A stretch of DNA of 64,000 nt. Source: Takakia lepidozioides (taxonomy: Eukaryota; Plantae; Bryophyta). The first letter of the stretch is position 1. Each line of letters opens with the position of its first letter. A program made the position numbers and the translations under genes. Where the stretch lies: the NCBI GenBank assembly GCA_030704615.1, contig CM060732.1, positions 65,906,001 to 65,970,000 on the forward strand, written 5' to 3'. The notes beneath the pieces were generated by a model that ran no database searches, had not been told where the DNA came from, and saw only the letters and a list, made by a program, of their open reading frames with translations. Shown piece by piece: positions 1 to 13,254 of this stretch.

Positions 1-1111
1 TCAAGGTTATGAAATGTACATCACTGAAGATGGATACTTCATGGAGTTAAATTTGGGAACTTTCTGAAATACAAGGGCCCATTTGCATGGAGTTCCAAAG
101 GATTTGCAAAGGATGGGCCTTGAGATACACCAAGAAACATTTTAGCTGGAAGCAGCTGTATTGATAGGTTAGCAAGCTAGGTGTAGAATGAATCCAATGC
201 AAATGGTTGAAGAGGGATGCTGGAATTATCTATCCGGTAGAGTATTGTGATTGTCAGGGCAAGTTGTGCACACAGGCTGAAGCTACCATGTGAACTGTCA
301 GTCCTTGTGACAGTGTTAAAGAAAGTGGGAACTCTCCACAAGGCTGGGCTGTGGTGCTTAAGTTTTTCTGATCACCAATGTGCACTCTATCCCTCGGTGG
401 GTAATTTGTCAAAGTGACAACATTTTTGCTACCCAATTTTGTTGCACATGTAACAATCCACATCTGATTGAAAGTATCTATGCGCATAGCCAAGCTTGCA
501 TACAATTGTCATCTCTAGTACGGCTTGATGATGCAGCCACATGTAGTCTTGCCACATGTAGTCTTGTCATCTCTAGTACGGCTTGACAATGCAGCCACAT
601 GTAGTTGAGGCAGGGCTTGTAGATGTTGTTAGAGACTGAGTGGCTGTGAATGCTTGTTTCAAGGGTTTTCCTCCATGTACAGGGCTCCATGATAAGTTAT
701 TTCGATATCCTTTTGCAGCACATCAATGATGTGTGCTTCATCTTTGTCATGAACTTCAACATTTCATAGCTGGTACTTCATGGGGACAAGCACCATCCGC
801 GGTCTCATTCCACATCCATGATGAGTGCTTCAATTGCCGTGGAACTGGAGCTGTGACACTTTCTAATCATGACCAACAAGGGAATGCCTAAAAGTGTCAC
901 ATCCCCCAATGGTCCTTAACTTTCCTCCAAGGAGGAAAGGGATAAGGCAGTGCCTCCACCTCGAGTGTAAATCAGCTCAATTCAGACATGGCATGAAGAG
1001 AGAATACCCAGTGTATACACTGGGACAACATCGTTATTGGAGCACAGTTCATGCAGAGATGAAATGAGGAAGAGGACACAGTTGATTCTACTACTACGAT
1101 TCGAGAGCCTA

Positions 1112-4100
1112 CTAAAAGAGGTAATTGCCCTTTCGTCCAATCAGCATGTCAAACATGTCCTCTATTTTATTTCGCTTCGAATCTCGCTCAGCACTGGCAG
1201 CATCGCTGTCACCCGGAGCACGAACTTCCGATCTTTTTCCTCTCTTCTTCCTAGTAGACCCATCAGGGCTAATTTGAACTGTGGAAGCACCCCTCTTTTC
1301 TGTCGTGCTATTGATATCTAAACCAACATGACTTGCAGCTTCCTTAGCAGTGTGACGCTCCCTATTGGGGTAACCAGTTGTAACAGAAGCCACGCCTCGA
1401 GTCATTGCTGTGCTTGCAACCACCATCTCACTAGTATTCTTTGCATCCTGCTCAACACTTTCAGCATCTGCAACCCTTACAACCTTTGGATTCCTATCTT
1501 GCCTTTGCCCCCTAGAAACACTTTTTCCTGGGGGGACAGCTCTCTGTGCAGTTGGACTAGTATGTTTATATTTGCTTCCAAGATGGCCACCAAGAGTTGC
1601 ACCTGCAGAGCCAGGAGACTGTACCATGGGGGGACTAACTGGGGTGCATGCTATGGATGCCGTCGAGGCACTACTAGTTGCCATTTTGCTACTGTTGTTG
1701 GGGTCCTCTTCGGCACTTGCCTGCTGCACAACCCCCAGATCCCTTACCCCCAATTGGCCACCTTGCAGTAGCCCAATACAGGCACTGTCACATAAGGGTA
1801 CTTGAGCGGGCAAACCACTTTGTTCTTGTCTGCTCCCAAGATTAGTATATGGTCCACCAACAGGGGGAGGCTCTACCATGGGCAGACCAACATCTGCCAC
1901 ATGATCCGTTGGGTCTCTCTCAGCGTCCACAGCCTCCACGCTATCAAAACAACTACCCCCAAGTTTGCTACCTTGTGCTTCTTTGAACTCCAGAAACTTT
2001 CCAGTCTCCACGTGCTCATCAACCAGATTTGAGAAAAACCCCTGAGGATTTGGTATGCCAGTTGCGTCCATAAGAGCCTTGCCTCTGTCCATGAAACCTT
2101 TCCCTTCACCAGAAAGCTCTTCTGAAGAAAGCCCCAGAATAAATCTTTCGTCCCGGACATAAAGCAACGGCCTACCTGTCTCAGCACCTACAATGCACCA
2201 ACAATCTTTCTTAATCACAACGTGTGTGAGATGTTACCTTGTAACCTGAGGTTGCAGACTCAACAACTTTGACTAGACACTCCTGCTCAATCTTTATGCA
2301 CATAATTGTGCACAGAGAGATGTAAAGAGCACAGAAGAGGGAGAGCACAGTCCAATTTGCAAGTGTATCACCCCATGGACACACCGTCTACTATATATCA
2401 AGACATTTAAAGATGTAAATTCTGTCGATGATTCTAAAAAGCAAATGTCACAACACATGCACATTTTTCCTGTAGGAGTGCAAACTGATAAAATGGAAAG
2501 ACTCATTGCATGATATTTATGGCTCAGAAGTTGATTATTACCAGACCGATTTGTCACATAACTATTCCTTTTCCTTGCAAAGAAATATTCATTTACTCTG
2601 CAAAACGACCTATGATTCAAGGTGTACATACAAAGTCCCCACAAAGCATTGTACCAAAGATCAGGAACTAGCTGTGGCACACATGATATAAGGTCTAGAA
2701 GCAAAACTGTGTCCTCAAGGAAGAACTAACCAACCTGCCAGACCGGAGTGGATCACCCTCTCCTTAGTTCCTGTGCAGCGGTCATCAATGAACCAGCCTA
2801 CAGAAGGGAGAGAGGGGCTTTCACTGGCAACAGGTGGTGGTAATAATGGGTAAGGTGGTGGCGCTTTCTCTGAGAGGACAAGTTTGACTCCGTCCCAATG
2901 ACACTCCAGAAAAAGTGGCTGCTCGTCACCGACACTCCCCATAACACCCCCTGCTATCTGCACACAAAGCTAAAGGTAGGTTAGTGTGGGTCAACCGTGC
3001 TAGACAGAGGGCTGTCTGTGATCATCAACCATCCAAGCAGCCACCTTGGGAACATGGACTCACAGGTGTACTAATTGATCATTCACTGCAGCCAATGGCT
3101 ATGAAGAACATCTTCAGGTATAGTAGCCACAGGATCCCCACCCTCCTGAAGAAAATAATACTTGTCCACAACAATATCACTATCGGCCTGAATTTGATTT
3201 TATGGCTTGGGCACTGTGGACACAATGCCGTGCTGATTTCCAGACGTATCAGAGACAAACTGTCCTGACACAGACAGAGGGAGATTTAGAAAGCCCTGTA
3301 AGCCCAAGAAAGAGTCCACGGCCAGGGAAGTAAGAGAAAGGTCACAATGGAAATAAACCTGAGGCTTTGTTAAAGAAACCGCTGACTCTTGCAAACTCGC
3401 CGACACCAAGTTGAAGGCTGCAACAACTTCATATAGCATCTGAACCAACATCGCCCACATTCCCTCATCAGATCATTGACATTGTGCAAATATTAAATCA
3501 GATGTCTGGCACTTGCAAGAGATTGTTTCCGGAGAGGGAGGGAGATGATGTATTTGGAGGATTGTTCAATTCCTCTGGAGATAGCCTTGTGGCCATTACA
3601 ACCAACCCAAGTAGTGTACATGGAGCTCTACAGCTTTTCCCTAGTCAGTAACATCCAATTGGGAGGTTGAGGCCTTTCATCTAACCCGCCTCACCTACTG
3701 CAGTGACGCTGAGAGGAGCTTGAAGCATACAGGTACTAGAACATAGATGGATAGGAAGTCTACCTGCAGAAGCAAAACGCGAAATCGAGCAAGGGAGGCC
3801 AACATGGTGAGGCCAAAGGGCATGAAGAAGGACTGGGCCAGCAGAGCTGCTATCTGCCTTGTCTCTCAGTTAAAATCCACAACAAAACACCACAATTTCT
3901 CAATTGCACAATGAGTGACAAAATCACAACTGACTTTGGTTACGATCCAAAATAGACTTGTTTCTGCTGCTCAGACTGCCCTAGACATGGTAATCACCCA
4001 ATAAGGCCCAAGATATTTTTCTGTGTCTGCCCTTGCAAGGTGAGATTAGGTGGCATATGCATCCCCGTCAATACCACACTCCTGTCTCTCACACAAAGAC

Positions 4101-6836
4101 CCATACATGTACACAGAGTGGAACCACTGAGGTTACAACTACTACCCCTACTCATTAAACACTGGCTTACTCAAGGATACAAGCTTGCATCAAGAATTGG
4201 TTCAGCCATCTGTCCACCAATGATACCACCACATCATCAAATGTGTTAGAAGGGAGTTTAGTAGAGGGACAGTCTATGTTCGATTTTCTCCTCTATCACA
4301 ATTCTAAAGTCTGACCTCCTTCCACCTCTTCCCCCTTAGAATTCTCCTGATAACACTTAAAGGCCCCAACTGATCCCATGCAAAAGATTGTGCATCTATT
4401 AGGCTTTGCAACAACATACAGACTATGCAATCGGTTATCATGTCACCAAGAGTTAGTCACTTACTACATCACTTTGTTTGTATCTATTGACATATTTCAC
4501 TTGCAAATGGATGAAAATTGTAGTGAAATAGATGAAAATTGTTATCATGATGGAGATGAGGGAAAGCTCGAGTTTTGTCTTTGAATAACTTTTCATCTGA
4601 GACCCACTCAATACTCCAATGATCACCTCTCTGTCAGGTTAGACGGAAGGCCTCAAGAGCAATATGTGGGTATTCTTTTTCTGGCAGTGGCCTTGGTCTC
4701 TGGATGGGCAACCCAATATCCCCATGTAGCTCCAGGCAGAGCAAATGGAATGACAATCTGCCTTTCTACAAAATATTAAAACTCATCTATTTCCAGGCAG
4801 TTTCTGGCCTGCTGCAAGACTTGTTTTGACAACCTGCAGTTAGCTCCTTCCTCAATTTATGTGAGGAGTGTTGGAAAACCACTGGCGTGTGGTCGGGCTA
4901 GGGATTGAACCTAGGACCTCCCCCATTCCGGTGGGGTGCTCTACCACTGAGCTACCCGTCCCGTTCTGTTCTCAGAGTGCAGTGCAAGGGCTATAGCCTT
5001 GACACCTCCAACACTCCCCCTCAAGGCATAGCCCTTATGCTAATGCCCACCCATTCTGACCACCGCCCCAACCTTGGCTCTGATACCATGTTGGAAAACC
5101 ACTGGCGTGTGGTCGGGCTAGGGATTGAACTTAGGACCTCCCCCATTCCGGTGGGGTGCTCTACCACTGAGCTACCCGTCCCGTTCTGTTCTCAAAGTGT
5201 CGTGCAAGGGCTATAGCCTTGACACCTCCAACACTCCCCCTCAAGGCATAGCCTTTATAGCTGATGCCCACCCATTCTGACCACCGCCCCAACCTTGGCT
5301 CTGATACCATGTTGGAAAACCACTAGCGTATGGTCGGGCTAGGGATTGAACCTAGGACCTCCCCCATTCCGGTGGGGTGCTCTACCACTGAGCTACCCGT
5401 CCCGTTCTGTTCTCAGAGTGCCGTGCAAGGGCTATAGCCTTGACACCTCCAACAAGGAGTACAGCCAGAATTTAGTGACTATGACGGATAAAAAGACATT
5501 CAACATGATGGCTCTCATAGCGTAAACTGCAAGAAAAACCCTCTTGCCATTCGGATCTCCTGGGTTGTAAGAATCTCACGTGTTCTTTTATCATAAGAAC
5601 TGAATAAATGAATGTCCTACTTGGAGAAATGCATCCAGGAAGTCTTGCACTGGTGTAGTTCACTTGTAACAAGCACATATTAATAAGAAAAATGGGAGAT
5701 CTATGGCAGGTCCAACCAAACTGGACAAGGTAATCTCCACCAGGGTCAGCACTGCAAGGGCATGGCATCTATGTAACATTGAAACTACACAATTGTCAGT
5801 ACTGTGGGGAATCTTACCTGCTGCAGCAACCGAGCAGTTCCAAGCAGCCTTTGCCGCACAGCACTTCTTTGCCAATCTTTGCTTTCTGAGCAACGTGGGC
5901 TGCGAAGGACCACAAGCCCCAGTGAGGTGCGCATCCCAGGTTTCCAAAATGATCGAACCCTACCTTGCGATCTAACACATTGTCCCTTGTTTCCAGCTGG
6001 GTTAAAGTTACTATGTTGAGCAGGCAGTTTGAGCTTTAACTTGTTACCCAGCAATGGGAATGCCTATTCACTAGTACTAGATAGCCATGCAAGTGATAGC
6101 AAGGAAGTTCACAAATGTCCACAAAAGGCTCGAGCTTCTGCGGCAGAGAGGTAGAGAGAGATTACATTTTTGCAGGCTTGTTGGTCCTTTGAGAAGGTGG
6201 AACAAACATCGTCAGACTCCCCTCTTTGCTTGTTACTTTGATTCTACCGGTGGAATTTCATTCTTCAACGGGATTCAGCTAACCTAATCGTCCAATTTGA
6301 CAGAGGTGGTGTAATCACGGCGTGAAAACTTACGTGGAGGATTGCGACGTAGCCTTAAATGGTGTCATTGTTCGTCTGCGAGGAGTCACCCACTGACCGA
6401 AACACTCCAATGTATCCATCAGTCCCAGAGACTGAAGCAGCTGTAAATCTCTTCGGACCTGCATCACAGGGGCATACGCATCACACTAGAAAGTAGGACG
6501 TTGAAATTGGCACCCCTGCCATGACGGTGCGATGCATATAACTGTGGGTGCACTGTGAAATAAAGAGAGGTCAAGATTGTTCTTAAGCACCTGAGAAAGC
6601 CGACGGTAGTACAGAGCCCGACGGTGCTGGTTCCGGTTCTTGTACATGAGACGCTGGAAGGTGTCATTCTCTGACCATAGCTGCGCCAGTTGCTCTCGCA
6701 ACATACGCTGCAAAGATCTGGCCTCTGCCTCCATCGCTTTCTCCCTCGCTGCATCGTCGGTGCTTTCTGCCTCCACGAGCACGAGGCAAGCAGGCGGTCG
6801 AGGAATGAATGGCGGTGGAGCTTCTTTCTTCCCCAT
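1112..6836 (-). CDS. Multi-exon DUF4477 / NEPRO (RMP64/Rmp1-like, RNase MRP-associated) family protein
   Basis: Exon 1 (6836-~6589) has LMYKNRNQHRRALYYRRLSQV. Later exons encode RQRLLGTARLLQQ (~5870-5819), MAEPILDASL (~4210-4181), QIAALLAQSFFMPFGLTMLASLARFRVLLLQ (3857-~3765), MLYEVVAAFNLVS (~3440-3359) and PLFLECHWDGVKLVL (~2960-2780). The last exon lies in ORF 1112-2218 and ends DMFDMLIGRKGNYLF. Motif order matches plant DUF4477 proteins as I recall them. Confidence 0.8.
3858..4180 (-). other. Probable U12-type (minor spliceosome) GT-AG intron
   Basis: Donor GTATCCTTGA; TTTTAAC branch-like motif about 12 nt before the AG; no polypyrimidine tract; splicing restores the frame (ASL|QIAALL). 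Confidence 0.65.
4869..5454 (-). mobile_element. Tandem TRIM (3 LTRs, 2 internal segments) with tRNA-containing LTRs, inside an intron
   Basis: 145-bp LTRs TGTTGG..CCAACA at 4869-5013, 5089-5233 and 5310-5454. Internal segments of 75/76 bp carry, on the minus strand, PBS TGGTATCAGAGCC (tRNA-iMet type) and PPT TTGAGGGGGAG. 5-bp TSD AGGAG at 4864-4868 and 5455-5459. Confidence 0.95.
4890..4961 (-). other. tRNA-derived cassette within TRIM LTR (also 5110-5181 and 5331-5402); pseudo-tRNA
   Basis: Minus strand GGACGGG-TA-GCTCAGTGGTAGAGC-A-CCCCACCGGAATGGGG-GAGGTC-CTAGGTTCAATCCCTAG-CCCGACC-A folds as a cloverleaf with A box and B box. The anticodon loop is aberrant and the acceptor stem has one mismatch. 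Confidence 0.85.
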
Positions 6837-8700
6837 GGATAGTAAACAATCTAGGGTTCCCGGGCCATGTGAGCTCGGTACAAACTGTTTTCTTCCTCAA
6901 TTACATAACAAGCAGAAGAAATGCGCCGAGGACGTCAAGAACGTCCTATCTAAAATATAATGCGTGCTTCTCCCCAATTCACAAATCGCTAAGCATAAAA
7001 CCCTAGGGTTTTAAGAAACATGAGAACTCGCCCTTGAACCTATGAAAAATTCTCAGTCATTAATTCAGGGTTTAAGGGGACGAGGAGATGAAGAAGATGG
7101 TGATGTAACTAATAATATGGAGTCTACAAGCAACTTGTCACCAACACTCGGATGAGACTGTTATAGAGCTGCCATAGAAAAACAAACAATAATCTCTACA
7201 AAAGGCATTGACAAAGAACTGAACACTGTCGCTTGCTCCCAACTGCTTCACTTTTTCCTACTAGTGAGAACATATCTGACCCCGGCGGCGGATCAGAATA
7301 CCAGGAAAACTGGAGTAATCAAGGCACATGCAGGCTCTGTCTCAACTTCCACACTCACTCATGTAGCGGGAGTTCAAAAGGGATTATTTTATGAGAAATA
7401 TGTTGCAATCCTGCTAGACTACGGAATTCCAAAAAGGCCGGGCTTGATGTGAAATGCATCACAATGCAGTTGATCGGTGCACAATTCAATTGGAATTCCC
7501 TCGAAGGTACAAAGGCACAAGTACAAACTTCCTCTTCACTAAAACTTTTGGACGAAATGCCCATCCCATGAGACATACAAATCCTTGCAAGCCCCAATGC
7601 CTTTGTTCTTGTTCTTGTTCTTGTCGCCTTCTTGAGGCAGAGAGTTTCTATTGGCACTACAAAGGACACAAGCTGTGTCTATTTTGCAGAGGTGGCCAGG
7701 TCAGCTTCATCGTCTCACCGCCTGGCTCTTTCTGACCCAACTTCCTTCCTGTTGTACGAACTACAGGCAGTAGATGATGTTGGGTCGACTTGATTTGGAT
7801 TTTTGTCTTCCTATCTCCCCTTCCTTTACGGGGTTTTTCTTCTGCACTTGGAGGTGGTTCTTGTAAATTCTCTAGCATCAGCTCACCAATCTCACCTCAT
7901 TTAGGTCTTTATAAAGCTTACCAGAGTCTGTATGTAAAAAAGGCAATCGAGGCCCCTATCACTAAAGGAGGAACCTTGTAAAGTGGACGAGAGAGCACTT
8001 TGTTATATGCATTTTCACTATTTCTAGGACCCTTCCAAGCTGGAAGGGCCAGAAGGAAGAATGCACACAGCAGAATCTGACAATTTCAACCCACAGAGAT
8101 GCTCCGTGGAGAAAATAACAATCACAGATATATATCTAAATCCCACTCATTTAAGTATTTCTTCTGAGGGGTGACAAGACATGAATGTTCTTTTATCTGT
8201 GCCACAACTACATCTCTCTCTCTCTCTCTCTCTCGCTCCACAGGGCAAACGACATCTTCTGAGTACATTCTCTCCCTCCAAAGGATTTGAAATATAATAA
8301 CCGATGGAGATCCCTTGTGAAATTATTCTCTCCTTCCCACAATACATTTATAATCTGTTGTCCAAGGCACCCTGACAGTAAGCCAGCCAACTAAAGATTG
8401 TGAGGGTTCTCTTTCATACAACAAACAACAAATGACTGTAGGGAGACTCCGTGAGTTGCAGGACTGCTCTACAAGTCTGCATTTCCCCACTACCCACACT
8501 ACAACTCTCCCCTCCGACCATCCGTTATGCCCTCCCAGCCTCCCATGGCAATGGGCCAGGGGCGTGCGGAGCTTAAGAATACTGCCGTGACCCTGGCAAA
8601 AATCTAGATTTCTATGACAAGTTTCTCAGATTCACAGATTGTCCGAGGACTCGAAGCAAATTTCAGGAAGTTGCTATAACCTGACAACTTAGATGCCGGT

Positions 8701-9633
8701 CTATTCAGATCTATCGGCAAACCGCTCCACTTTCTTATCCGCAAGATTGATGCCAACCATGGCTTCTCCAAGCCCAGAACTGACCTCGGCTAAAATGTGA
8801 ACATCATTGAAATTCGAGACTGCCTGGACTATCGCACGTGCACGCATTGCAGGATCTCCACTTTTGAAAATCCCCGAGCCAACGAAGACTCCATCACAGC
8901 CAAGCTGCATCATCAGGGCTGCATCAGCGGGCGTTGCTATCCCACCAGCAGCAAAATTGACGACCGGAAGTCTCCCCAGTTGTTTGGTTTGTCTCACAAG
9001 CTCGTACGGAGCAGCAATTTGCTTGGCGAAATGAAAAACCTCATCCTCCTCCATCGATTGCAACTTTCGAATGTCTCCCAAGACGGACCTGATGTGTCGG
9101 ACGGCCTCTATCACATTCCCTGTCCCAGCTTCTCCTTTGGTCCTAATCATGGCGGCTCCCTCCCCGATACGGCGAAGAGCCTCGCCCAGGTTGCGACAGC
9201 CGCACACAAAAGGAATCCGGAAATTGTGCTTGTTGATGTGATGGACATCATCAGCTGGTGTCAACACTTCACTCTCATCCACGTAGTCCACCCCAATGGC
9301 CTCCAATATCTGTGCCTCCACGAAATGACCAATCCTTGCTTTGGCCATAACAGGGATCGTGACAGCTTTCTTAATCTCCTTGATGAGACCAGGGTCACTC
9401 ATTCGTGCAACTCCACCCTCCGCCCTAATATCTGCCGGCACACGCTCAAGCGCCATGACAGCAGCTGCCCCTGCTTCCTCTGCAATCCTCGCCTGTTCTA
9501 CATCCACCACGTCCATAATCACGCCCCCCCGCAGCATTTGCGCCAGCCCTACCTTCACAGCATAAGATGACCTCTTGCTGTTCTCCAGGAAAGCTCCGTT
9601 CCCGTACACAGCCACCACTCCCTGCTCCGCCAT
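8701..9633 (-). CDS. PDX1: Pyridoxal 5'-phosphate synthase subunit PDX1 (intronless CDS)
   Basis: 310-aa ORF with [78 protein letters not shown]. Confidence 0.98.
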   Translation of the reverse strand: MAEQGVVAVYGNGAFLENSKRSSYAVKVGLAQMLRGGVIMDVVDVEQARIAEEAGAAAVMALERVPADIRAEGGVARMSDPGLIKEIKKAVTIPVMAKARIGHFVEAQILEAIGVDYVDESEVLTPADDVHHINKHNFRIPFVCGCRNLGEALRRIGEGAAMIRTKGEAGTGNVIEAVRHIRSVLGDIRKLQSMEEDEVFHFAKQIAAPYELVRQTKQLGRLPVVNFAAGGIATPADAALMMQLGCDGVFVGSGIFKSGDPAMRARAIVQAVSNFNDVHILAEVSSGLGEAMVGINLADKKVERFADRSE

Positions 9634-10647
9634 GATTCCTCTTTCCTAAAACCCTCCTCTTATCAGACCAAATCCAACACGCTGATAGCCAATTGCAACA
9701 CAAATGCGGAGTGTCAAAGTGATCGCATCAGACCAAATAACCCCGACATTCCCATCCAAAACCCGGAATCTGACACACAAAGAGAAAGCGGAGCTACTCT
9801 GCCCGAACACAGCCCCCACCGCAGTACCCAACCCCTAACAAACCTCTCCCGCAAACACTCGCTAAATGCAGCAACTCCCTGCAATTCTCCACAAACGTAC
9901 ACAAGCAAGTAAGATCCAAACAGGTCTCGAGCACGTTCCTGCAGCGATCTTAAATGCAACACACAAACGGGATTGCTACGAGCGCAGAGCACAGAGAAGT
10001 CTCGAGAGCGGATATGCAGATAAGGGCGTGCGAGAACGGCTGGGTCGTTTAGGTCATGCCTCAGATTTTCTCCAACTGTCTGCAATCCACGCCGCCACAT
10101 CCTTTCAAAGAATATCCCACGTTGGGAAGCCTCTGGATATTTCGCGCACTGTCGTCCACATTTCATCCGTTACGCTCGTTCATCCCCACAACAGCTCTTC
10201 AATCGTGCGAGAACCCCCTAGAACTTTCTAGTATGCGTCTCATCCATATTATCCATCCGTTTACAGAAGCTCATTATCTGGGTCTCATTCATCCCTACAG
10301 CAGTAACCTTGGGAGAAGTGGCTTTTTTTTTTTTTTTTTTTTTTGTTTTTCTAAAATTTACGGAACTAGTGGCTCTTATTAGTCACGTGGGCTTTGGTCC
10401 GAGTACCGTATTCTCGCTTTTTGTTTTTCAAAAATTATTAAAAACAAAAAGGACAGGGTCTCGCTTATCTAAGTTCACTCCTCTGGAAAAAATAAAAAAT
10501 GAAAATAAACTAAAATTAAAGTAAGAACAAGTGGGACAGATTCAATGGATGGACCCTACTACCCTCCTTCGTATTTGTTTTATAATAATATTTTCATGTA
10601 CTTTTAATTCGAAGAGACTGCTGTCAGTTTCGCACGCGCGCATTAAA

Positions 10648-10864
10648 CTCGTCGGATAAGGTTAGTCTCGTCGGGTAAGGTTAGTCTCTTCGGGTAAGAT
10701 TAGTCTCTTCGGGTAAGGTTAGTCTCTTCGGGTAAGGTTAGTCTCGTCGGGTAAGGTTAGTCTCTTCGGGTAAGATTAGTCTCTTCGGGTAAGGTTAGTC
10801 TCTTCGGGTAAGGTTAGTCACTTCGGGTAAGGTTAGTCTCTTCGGGTAAGGTTAGTCTCTTCGG
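10648..10864. repeat. 19-bp minisatellite (CTCTTCGGGTAAGGTTAGT), about 11 copies
   Basis: Head-to-tail near-identical units with no spacers. Confidence 0.95.
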
Positions 10865-11103
10865 AATGAATGGGGACAAGAAAAAACTTCCCTCCTCTAA
10901 CAGCCAATACACTTTTCTAGTCAATTATTCTGCCATACAGTGGTACCAAAAGAAAGCAGACAGATAGCTGGGCCTTGTGGTATTGCACTCTGCACTTGCT
11001 TGATTGTGCTATTGTTAACCCTGGCTGCTGTTCAATAGAATATCCCTACATTTCTCCTTGCAGAGCTGAAGAACAACGGAAGATGACCACTAAAAGTACC
11101 AAT

Positions 11104-13184
11104 TTAGGGAACCCTATCAAAAGGTTGTGTGTCGCGATAACACGTATTCCACACCGCGTCCACGGCTGTTGCAGCCTGGCTTTTGGAGCAATTTGGATTC
11201 ATGGCCACACTAATCTGAGCCCTCCTTTTCACACAAACCTGCTACCCACACCCAGCCCAGCATTACAGCTTTACTCTCACTTACTCTTCTGACTCCCAAA
11301 TCTGGAATGTAGCAACTGCCCACACAGGTTCTCAAAATTATTCTTGAATGTTATCTCCCTCTCAGATAGGTGTATTTAGTAAAACTTCTCTGACGAGCGG
11401 TTGCTGCTGTATTCTTGCAACCATAGGCCATGCAATGGCCCTCTTACAGCCAGTCGTCAGGAAATCACCCATCAAAGCCAGACAGTAGTAAAGCTCACAC
11501 CCAATTCCTGCCAAACTAGTTGAAGATGGAGTTGATTTCAAGACTGGGCTTGAAACCATGCTGGAAAGTATTGCCCAAGCCAGAGACAGAGAGAAAGAGA
11601 GACGATGTCATTACCATTGCATTTGCGACAATGATAATCTTGCACGGATGCACAGATACATATAGGCTTACACGCCAAAGAGATGACATACCTGATGCTG
11701 CTTTTGGATTCCAAAATTGCCGCGATTCAGCTCTTGCTTCCAATGACAATCCCCACTCAAGTTAGCTGCTCGTATCTGTCATACCCCAAAAATCTCTACA
11801 CAGATCACGTTTCTTGTTCAATGCCATGTCAAAAACTCTCTGCATATTAGGCAATTTGGCCTCAAGCTACAATCAAGCAACTACCCTGAGCAGCACTGGA
11901 ATGGTAATAACTGATGGCTGCACACTAAGAGTAAGGTAGCAACATAACAGACTGACAAACCTTATAAGCAGATCCAGCAATCAACAGGTCAATCACACTC
12001 AATGCCACCTCTCCAGCAAACCTAATAGAAAAGTAAAACACACTGAGTATCATGACCTTTCCTGACAACTATCCATTCAAGCATGTTCTTAATAGACATC
12101 ACAATAGCAATCGGTGTTACACTGTAATAAGTGCAAACCACTGACCAGAGATATACGTCCATATCTACTATCGAGAAAGTGGTGACTTCTAGATAACATT
12201 CCCACACTTTGTCTTACACATCAATTAGATGAACCCCTTAAGAAGCATGATTGATTCATCTTTGACATGTCTTCACAAAAGCTAGCAAAGCCTGGGCAAA
12301 AGAGGCACACCTCACTGCAAGCATGGTGCTCACAATTGGTCCAATCTAAGTTTGCAGCACGGCAATGGTCGTAAGCATGCAACAGCTCATGGGTCATTGC
12401 CACGTCCACTTCATCCTGCATCATCAAATGGTTGCTGCAGATCACCACCTGCAAAGTAGAGAACCCATCAATATACCACACCTTGCACTTAATTTACCCC
12501 TGCACATACAAAGTGAAATCCAGTTATAGGTGGGGCTCAAGCATAGTCTACCCATATGTCCACAACATCACGAAAGAGGGTAGAAATAGTACAGAAAAGA
12601 CCTGACCCCATCATCCCGCTTGAAGCCACCACCAACTTGCATATCACATACTTCAGATTTGAAGAAGTGATCTGCTACAGGACACCCTGCCTTCTCAAGA
12701 GAGTCTCGCATGAACTTCACCATAGGATCTGCATTACAAATATCACACTTTCCCTTACACTCTTTGTGCTTGGCGCCTTGAGGCAGAGGGCGGAAGGTCA
12801 TTACACATCAGACAGCCCTTATAAGATACCATGAAAAGCATCATAAAAGAACGGTAGAATCTCATCAGCCTGGATCGGTCATTGGAAAGCCTTAAACCCT
12901 AAGCCCTACACCTAGACCTCAGACGGTAACAACCAAGCTACTCCACGAAGACAACTTAAGAAATTGATTGCAACCACACCACCCTTGTGTAAGCATCAAC
13001 ACAGCCACCACATAGCCCATGACTGAACGTCAATAAATCAATCCCCCAGCAACCCACAATTCGGTACTGGGATAGCAAGGGCGTACTAACTGCGAGAGAG
13101 GGAGTGCCGGATCATCTGTTGGCAGCGCTCTGGCGTCATGCCGTAAGGCACCTTCGCAGGCGTGCTCTGGCCCGCTTCCTCCAT
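11104..13184 (-). CDS. ATP23: Mitochondrial inner membrane metalloprotease ATP23 (5 exons)
   Basis: Exons: 13184-13091 (GMTPERCQQMIRHSL), ~12730-12605 (PMVKFMRDSLEKAGC), ~12449-12310 (THELLHAYDHCRAANLDWTNCEHHACSE, HEXXH), ~11777-11692 (IRAANLSGDCHWKQEL), ~11239-11104 (CVKRRAQISVAMNPNC...CYRDTQPFDRVP*). Confidence 0.93.
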
Positions 13185-13254
13185 CCCCCTGCGCAGACTC
13201 ACTGTATGGCAGAGTTGTTGTTAGGGCTGAGTACCTACCCGTGATCGACCCAGA

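Noticed and set aside
1-1030. Possible degenerate LINE endonuclease and a ~56-bp local duplication (506-603)
   Set aside because: Too decayed to support a call by eye.
4869-5454. Three functional tRNA genes or a CRISPR-like array
   Set aside because: The anticodon loop is aberrant, and the units are LTRs with PBS, PPT and TSD; the intervening segments are near-identical, not unique spacers.
7050-7990. Possible MULE/SWIM transposase relic
   Set aside because: Only a vague degenerate motif (QKGLFYEKYVAILL); no TIRs or TSD found.
8797-9570. 257-aa ORF antisense to PDX1
   Set aside because: Shadow ORF of a conserved gene with no recognisable motif.
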